Assembly (NCBI GenBank): GCA_951406725.2
Contig: OX597823.1
Coordinates: 111,972,001 to 112,036,000 of the forward strand
DNA length: 64,000 nucleotides
Source of the DNA: Octopus vulgaris
Lineage: Eukaryota
Reading direction: 5' to 3'
This document shows positions 55,548-64,000 of this stretch, piece after piece. The notes under the pieces are model-generated. The model did not search any database and had not been told where the DNA came from. It worked only from the letters and a program-made list of their open reading frames with translations. Each line of letters opens with the position of its first letter. The first letter of the stretch is position 1. The translations under genes were made by a program, and so were the position numbers.

Positions 55548-55748
55548 TTTTTTCGTTTTTGGATTTGGTTTGCAAGATTCTTTATATGAGTTCGTGTGTT
55601 GAAGCATATTCTGTTGTGTCTGGGGAGAGTCATTTTCTTTTTGTGCCTCATGATTTAACACACACACTGGTAAAATTTCCACTTATTTCTTATTTTTATT
55701 CTCCTAAAATTTTCGTTGCGTCTTGCAACCTTTTCAATAGTCTTGACT
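55548..55748 (-). mobile_element. Single-arm copy of the 22.2-22.5 kb family with hammerhead at 55704-55740 (UUGAAAA core)
   Basis: cta|ttgaaaa|g gttgc aagac gcaac|gaa|aatt|t|tag. Confidence 0.75.
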
Positions 55749-56927
55749 CTCTAACATTTTGTCCTACAGTTAAGTTTATTCCTTGCTGATGTAGCAATAA
55801 AAATAATTGATAACAACACTCAAGGTAAAACAGGTGATAAATTTATAATGGAGTACATAGTTTTCAAAGGTGTCCTTTCATTTGATTTCAAATCCAATTC
55901 TATAGATATGGAGTTTACATTTTCTCAAGTATCAAGCTTTTCAGAAAAATATGATTTCAAAAGAAATAATGTATTTTATACTAGTCTCTAAATTTCAGAC
56001 AATCAGTTTTCAAAATAACTGGAACATCCATGGTTAATGCTAGTCTTAATTATTATATTAAACAAAACCCCAAAAGAGATTGTAACGATATAATGACGAT
56101 GGGGATGATGATGACAGCAAAAATGATGATGATGGAGGTAATGATAGGGATGAGGATGCTGAGGATGATGAGGATGATGATGAGAAGGAGGAGGAGGGGG
56201 ACTAGGAAAGAATCACTGAGACGACATGAGGAAAAACATTGGCAGTATACAAACCGAAATAGAAATGGCAATAATGATGTGTGTTAGCACAAAAAAAACA
56301 ACAACAATAACAAATGCATAGAAAAAACAATACAAAATGTCAAAAACTAACAAAGAATCAAATTCTCAAACAAAAAACATGAAAACCATACTCCCATCCG
56401 TTACTACACATACCCACTCAATAAAAATATAAACAACAAACAAACAATGACAAAAACGTTCCAACACCTACCCCCAAACCAACACACCACCACAAAAAAT
56501 AATAATGTATATAAAAAAAAACAAAATCAAATTACAAAATCTAAACTCAGCCTTCCAAAAACTGAATCAAATGAAGAACGATGATATAAAAAAAAAATAA
56601 TACACGAAAAAAGGGTCTTAGATGATAAAAGAAACTTACCTGTAGGGATAAATAACGAGAATTTTCCAATATTCCAAAAAATAACCAACAAATTACAGGA
56701 AATGAACATGAAGTAGATTCTATGGGAATAGCTTTTACAAACATCTATAGAATCCCCTGAATAAACAAAGACGATTTTTGAATACACAGAAGCCATGGCA
56801 TGTTGATTACCATACCATTTAATTGCAGCCGAGTACCAGTGAAACCAATTCATGTATTCCGCAGTGTATACATACAAAGTTATATATACATATATACACA
56901 TACATATATACACATACATATATACAT

Positions 56928-56983
<56 letters not shown>

Positions 56984-58008
56984 TCATATATATATAAATA
57001 CACACACATGTATATACAGATATGTATGTATGTATGTATGGGTGCATGTATGTATGTGTATGAGTGGCATATGCATATGTATGTTTTACTATCCCATGTA
57101 TATAACCACCACACATACATACAACCCACCATCATACACATATATAAATTTATGTACATTTATGTATATATATATATGTGTGTGTGTGTATGTGTGTCTG
57201 TGTATTTATAAATATATATATAAATATATATATAAATATATATATATATATATTCTTGTGTGTCTGTGGTATTTATGTACAAGTATATACACACACGGGT
57301 ATATGATGTTATGCAATAAATTGCCTTTCTTCACTGATAAACGAATGAAGACCATCACTGAATGTTTGGAATAGCATCGTCTTTCATAGCTTGTTGTTTC
57401 CAACTGAACATTTACCATTGAAGCTAAATGAGCAGATCACTGAGATGAAATAATCCTCGACGATGCAGCTGGGTAGGTAGGAATAAGGGTCTGTGGTGGG
57501 GGGAAATAAATGACATGAGAAATGAAGGGAAATGAAAATGAAAGAATATTGGAAAGAGGTAAGAAACAACATGCATCGTAAGAAAGAATGATGAAAGACA
57601 CTAATATTTTGAGAAATATGTATATATATATATATATATAAATATATATATAAATTTATATACATGTGTATGCATGAGGACTTATTTGTTTATATTTATA
57701 TGAGATGTCTAAATGCAGGCAAAGCATGTACTAAATATTTATTGTGAAAGAAAGTAAAAGTTCCATATATAATAAAGGAGAGAAAAGATATTCTTCATAA
57801 CAAAGTATATAGAATTTTTTTCTCTTTTTCTTTTTGTTTTTCCAATAAATGGTTTCACCTTTCTTTTTTCTCCCACTGAAATTAAATTGATCATTAAAAA
57901 TAGATGACAAAATTTTTCATTATTTAATTTCAAATATTTGGTAATTGTTATACATGGAAGAAATATCAGAAATAGTAGTTGATACTGAATTTTTGTTTTT
58001 ATATAACA

Positions 58009-58693
58009 CGAGCAACCCTAACCCCCGTCCAATGGACGGTGCTGAGTTGTCAAACATGTAAACCAAATTTTCTCAAAACAACTTGTCCGACCGTCCCATA
58101 GGCCTCCCCTTTGAGAAACACTGATTTAAGCTAAATTTGAGACACCAGCAAAAGAAGAAATAAAGATTGGCTTTTTTTCTATTCCAAAGAAAAACGATTT
58201 TATTCACACAAATATGCAACCGAAGAGTTTAAAGTACCAGTAATGATAAGGCTGTTGACTGAGGGAACACAAACATGGTTTAAATAGTAAGCTTGGCAGG
58301 AAAGAAACATGCCTTTAAGCAGTACAAAAATAACAAAAAATGGGAGGTGCAGTTATGTACAGGTTGACGGAAGAAAAGCAAGACAAAAACGATGCGTGCA
58401 AATGGGTTAGCTGGAGGTAAATCTAGATGGAAAAGCATGATCAATTTATGAGAACGTACCTGGGACAATAACAAGTTTATCCGATGAAACATGTAGCAAA
58501 TCAACTTGCACGTTCCCACGACTTTATCGATCGCATTCTCACCTGGAATCGATTTTTGTAAATTTTTCAAGACTTATACACGCCCTGATACCGTCGGTTT
58601 CTACATATCAAATTTGAACCCAATCGGATGGAGGATGCCGGAGATCCTAGAAGACACACACACAGACAGACAGAACGGATTTTATATAATAGA
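58009..58693 (-). mobile_element. Non-autonomous Helitron-like element
   Basis: Minus strand starts a^tctattatataaaa plus (tctg)n; hairpin ccgtccattggacgg near a ctcg^t end (imperfect CTRR). Confidence 0.6.
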
Positions 58694-58718
58694 TTTGTTT
58701 TGCATAAATTTGTTTAAT

Positions 58719-59083
58719 AACAATTGCAGCGTGGAAGGTGTTTATAAGCCATTTAAGAAACACACAAAAACTGTTAGATTCACTTCAACATTTAAATTTA
58801 ATTTGTCAAAATATTCTCGTCGCTTTGAGACCGCGACCTGTTCACAGACAAAATTCCATGCTGCATCTCGGAATTTTGAGATGCAGCACAGAATTTTGTC
58901 TGTGAACAGGTCGCGGTCTCAAAGCGACGAGAATATTTTGACAAATTAAATTTAAATGTTGAAGTGAATCTAACAGTTTTTGTGTGTTTCTTAAATGGCT
59001 TATAAACACCTTCCACGCTGCAATTGTTTTCGTTCCTGAACACGATCTCAGATCAGGTCACTTGCTATGCAAGTGCATCTCCG

Positions 59084-59085
<2 letters not shown>
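58719..59085. mobile_element. Near-perfect fold-back element with hammerhead-like motifs (GUGAACA core) on both strands
   Basis: Arms at 58719-58869 and 58878-59028; motifs at 58895-58945 (+) and 58802-58852 (-). Confidence 0.85.
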
Positions 59086-59143
<58 letters not shown>

Positions 59144-59175
59144 TTATTATTAAAGCTACAAAGGCATCACGAAAT

Positions 59176-59217
59176 AACTGCTACTCAGAGTTTCAGGTTA
59201 CCTTTCATCCGACAGTT
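59176..59217 (-). ncRNA. Minimal hammerhead, CGGAUGA core
   Basis: aactgt|cggatga|a agg taa cct|gaa|actc t gagt|a|gcagtt. Confidence 0.7.
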
Positions 59218-59666
59218 GTGGTTCAGAATCACAACTGAATCACAAGTGTCCGACAAACGTTTGGAATTTTTCAATAAAAAGATGCTCCTTGTTGATTTTT
59301 TCCTGTGTAGAGATTCTGTCTTTACACAATAAAAAGGGAATATATGAAATTTGGGAGTTTTATTTCTAGCGCAAGAGTCTATGTGGCTACTGGGTGGAAT
59401 TTGACGGTTAATTTTGTATATATTTATTATTATTTAAAAAAAAACATTGTAAATTTCTTTTTTCCTCTTGCTCAATTTAAAAAACATTTTTTCCCCTTCC
59501 AAATCTTGAAAATTTGCCTTGCAATGAAAGCCAGTTTGATTTCTTTTTTTAATTTTTCAAACACTCGTTTTTATTAAAGTTTACTTTCAGTTTAGCATTC
59601 TGCCTTATTTTTTCCTCTCCTATCATTTCTCCACGTGTTGTTAACACAACCCCCATCATTTACTGA

Positions 59667-59754
<88 letters not shown>

Positions 59755-61095
59755 CATACAAACATATATATATATATATATATATACATATATACACATA
59801 CACACACACACACACATATATATATATCAAACTTTAAATTGTAAGTCATTACAAGGGTTATAGAACTTATCTCAAAATCCTTTTCCTATGCACTCCACCA
59901 CCCTGCTCCTTACTTTATAAATTCATCTTCCTTATAAGTTTAGTATAAAGAACTTTGGAGAGATAGAATATTATTATGTCGTTATAAAGTACAAAAGAAA
60001 TATAATACAGTAGAATCCTACTTTATCTCAGATTATTGTCAAAGAGATCATCGTATTACATTGAGGCCCCACAAAGACGTTTGCAGGAACAAATGAGAAC
60101 TTATTTTTTCTTTTCTTTCTTTTTTTTTACTTCACTGTCAATAAAGAAAATATTTTAAAAATAGAAATGTATGTGTGTTGAAAAGAAAGGCCACCGTTCC
60201 ATTTCCTGGTCAATACTATTTTTAATAATGGGAGATATATAATTAATTGCATGGTTACTGAGATATTGTTTGAACCTCTCACTTGCAGAATGTTTTAGCG
60301 CTTTTGTTTTTCCTTTCTTTCACATTGCAAAAGACTGAACAGAATTTTACATTTTACATGACCTAAATGTCAGCTAAGTGGGAGGTTAAAGTGTCTGGAG
60401 GGGGAATTATTTGATACCATTACCAAAGAATTTCTTGATGTCATTGTCTGGAAAGGAAATTATCTGATATCCTATGGAAGAATTCAGTAAAAGACCAAGT
60501 TTTTAGTGATATATGACATTGATAATAATGGGCTCAAATTTTGGCACAAGGCCAGCAATTTCGCGGTAGGAGGGTAAGTCAATTACATCAGCCCCAGGTC
60601 TCAACTGGTACTTATTTTATTAACACCAAAAGGATGAAAGGCAAAGACACTTGCCCAAGGTGCAATACAGTGGGACTGAACCTGAAACCATACCACATGC
60701 CTTTTTTGTTACTTGCTATATCGCTGCATACCTCTGTCCTCTGCCATTGTCACTGGGCATCTTCTCTCTCTTCCGCACTTCAGATCATCTTCCTATTTTT
60801 CATCCATTTATCATTTTATAATACTTTTACTCTCTACCTCCCCATTTCATGTTTTGCCATCCGTCTTTCAATGACCACACATTTTATGTATTGCCAGCTA
60901 TCATCTCCTCCTCCTCCCTGACCCACTCCTATTTTCTATTACCTTGCCACCCCATACTAAGATTTACCATTGACCACCCCTACACCCAAGTTCATCATAC
61001 ACAGCATTCCTCTCTAAAAGTAAGAGAGAGTGTATATGTATGCATTGAATCACAATAACATGATTAGCTATTTTATTGCAAATGTTGTTGTTTAA

Positions 61096-61317
61096 CCCTT
61101 TTGATACCAACCCGCCTGAAACCGCCTCTGGGTCTGTAGTACAAATGTCTTGTTTTCAAAAGTTCTGAATTAAAATCTTCCACCAAACCTTAGTCACAAT
61201 TTATGTTCCTAACACTAGCTTAATGATACACTAAATTATTTTACGAATTCTTCGTTATATTTAAAATTAATTGAAAGAAACAAAGAGCATCTCAACAGAA
61301 ATATGGTAAGAAAAGGG
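61096..61317. mobile_element. piggyBac-like MITE, second copy
   Basis: TTAA TSDs; colinear with 1399-1620. Confidence 0.8.
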
Positions 61318-61698
61318 TTAACCCCTGTATAGCCCCAGTTCAGTCCATTTTGAACAGGTCTAAGATCAAAGATATTCCAGAAGCAACCATTCCAACTTTT
61401 TGTTTACTCAATATAACAGTTTCTTTGTTCTCTCTTTTTTAGGCAGTGATGTCCCCTATGACAATCATTCCAAATCATCTGTCATTCACTTTCACACTCT
61501 CACAAATTTACCCAACCAGCCAGCTTCAGTTCTCTGTCCCCATTCTCCCTTTATTCACTGTGGGTATTGCCTTGAGGGTATTGCCCTGACTCCTCATCTC
61601 CATCATCCTTCCTCTTTTTCTAACTGGGGATGCCATATATCTCCTCTACAGCAAGACATCCTTTTTTTTATCTCCCAATAATATCTTAGTCTTTCCAC

Positions 61699-61870
61699 AT
61701 CATCATCATCATTGTTTGACCGTGGTTGAGACAATGGAATTTACCATGCTACGCCAGACTTCACGGTTCATCATGGCATTATGGAGGTCCTGTTGCTGGA
61801 TGCCTGTATCCCTGGAGATTACATCAGGGTAGGAGAGTGTGCGCCCTCTGTTATTGTGAGTAGATAGCTT
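61699..61870 (-). mobile_element. LINE (RTE-like) 3' end
   Basis: RGRTLSYPDVISRDTG...AMMNREVWRSMV then stop and (gat)n tail. Confidence 0.65.
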
Positions 61871-62953
61871 CTAGAGGAGAAGAGTAGAAATTACCTCTTT
61901 TTCAGCTCTACAACAATGTCCAGCAAACTGGACTCTCCTACCTTTCACAAAGGTCCTTCCACAATTGGCACACTGCTACCTCTCTCTGTACTACATCCCT
62001 AAATTTGTCAAGGGGTCTTGTCTTGTAAATTACTTGGTGACCTTACAAATGCTGATACCACAAAAAAGCACCCGGTATAATTCATATAGTGGTTGGCATT
62101 AAAAAGGGCATCCAGTTCTAGAAACCATGCTAATGTGTACATGGAATATAGATACAGATGTCAAATTGTGAAGACACTTGCCCAAGGTGCCACACAGTGG
62201 GGCTGGATCTTGAACCCTGTGGTTGAAAAGCAAGCTTCTTACCATACAGCCATGATTGCACCTATATATATACATATATGTATAAATGTGTATACGTGTG
62301 TATGTGTGTGTGAGTGTGTATAAACATATATATCAATAAAACACATACAGATGTTTTTATATCTCTATATAGTCATGAGTGAACATAGACAAACTAAAAA
62401 TTCATCAAACTAGAGTTCCAGCATGGCCGCAGTAAAAGATATCAACACACAAACTCCATAGACACAAACATGGGAGATTTATGGGTAAATGAGAATATGT
62501 GATGCTCATGATGTTTTTGTCATCATTATTTCCAATATATGTAAACAAAATAAGATGCTTTTTTTCATCAGGAATTTAAAATGGCTTAAAAAGGGAAACC
62601 AAAACAAGCTCTATTTGTATTCTGTACGACACAATACTAGAAGTTATTAACAGATGAGAAACTGTGAGCAGGAAGCAAGTTATAGGTTTAGAAAAGTCTA
62701 CTACACATTCCGTGATTCCATGACAAAAAAATGTCTTGCTGCCAATCATAATAAGTGCCAAGATCTTGGCTAAGATTAAGCCAGTTTAATCAAATAAAAC
62801 ATAAGTCTGAAAATAATCTTCTTTTCTAAGAAAACACTTCACTTTCATTAACTGATGCCATGTTTTCCTCTTCTTCTTCTTCTTCTTCTTCTTCTTCTTC
62901 TTCTGCTTCTTCTTCTTCTTCTTTTTATCATCATCATCATCATCATCATCATC

Positions 62954-63268
62954 ATATATATATATATATATGTATGCATGTATGATTGTATGCATGTATG
63001 TATTCATGTACGTATATAATGACATATTCATACACACATGCGTGTACATATGTGTGATGAAGGCAATGATATGCATTATGATGCTGCTGCTGTTGTTGTT
63101 GATGCATCATCATCATCATCATCATCACCACCAGCAGCAGCAGCAACAACAACAGCAGCAGCATCATAATGCATATCATTGCCTTCATCACACATATGTA
63201 CACGCATGTGTGTATGAATATGTCATTATATACGTACATGAATACATACATGCATACAATCATACATG

Positions 63269-63292
<24 letters not shown>
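62954..63292. repeat. Perfect inverted duplication with arms of about 148 bp and a trinucleotide-repeat spacer
   Basis: About 62954-63101 is the reverse complement of 63144-63292. Confidence 0.9.
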
Positions 63293-63308
<16 letters not shown>

Positions 63309-64000
63309 CACACACACACATGCATGCATATACAGGCATGTGTTTCAATGTCTGTATGCTTAAGTACACATACATATATATCTATATATTCATTTGTGCA
63401 AACACATAGACAAACATATATTTCTATGTATTTCTATACACAACATATATATGTGCGTATAAGCACATATATATAAGCAACAATAAATCTCTGAACGAGG
63501 TATAAACAGAAGCTGCACAACAATGTGAAGTATATTTGCCACTTAAATGTGGCTAACCACTAAGGGTGGATGCTACTGTAGCTTGTAGCCCCAGGAATAC
63601 ACCTCCTCCAGCTGGCTATTGACACACTTTCTGTGCCCTATCAGTATTTGCAAAGGGAAGTCATCCTTCCCATCGTCAACCTGACGAGATATGCACAAAC
63701 CCGGGGAAAATATGTTTTGTAAATAAATCAATAATAGATATAAAAAAAAAAGTATAGCAGATACTGAGTGTACAACTGGACAGGAGACTGTCATAGAAGG
63801 TCCCTAATTCTTCATCAGTTATCAGCCAGATGGTATAACTCAGTTTTGTACCATTAATGATAAGACTGAGAACTACCCATGCTAGTGGTGCCTGCGAAAG
63901 TGGTGGAGAATGTAAGGCCGAGAGAAAACAAAACTATACTTAGTGGACAAACGAAAGTGGATAAATGTAATTTATTAAAGATGAAATAAATATGAAATGA

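Overview
Very AT-rich, microsatellite-dense animal DNA. The SINE families and repeat landscape look like octopus (inferred from recalled repeat sequences, not from a search). I cannot support any host protein-coding gene, and nearly all ORFs in the track are translations of (TA)n, (CA)n, (ATC)n or (GGT)n. Recognisable content: many tRNA-derived SINEs; a decayed Gypsy LTR element with LTRs, PBS, PPT and a 5-bp TSD; three Penelope-like (PLE) RT/GIY-YIG remnants; two mariner remnants; hAT, piggyBac-like and Helitron non-autonomous elements; LINE 3' ends with a restriction-like endonuclease; and a tRNA-Lys pseudogene. The main observation is about 20 type-I hammerhead-ribozyme (HHR) motifs, folded by hand, in short non-coding elements of several unrelated families, mostly in or beside (TA)n tracts. 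Their cores covary at the 3-8 tertiary pair (C-G, U-A, G-C). Some elements show terminal redundancy or circular permutation (units of about 356 and 500 nt). Six form fold-backs that always have the same head-to-head polarity, and one of these has a 12-bp TSD. This suggests a retrozyme-like, PLE-mobilised system of small self-cleaving, possibly circular RNAs. Ribozyme activity and novelty are untested.
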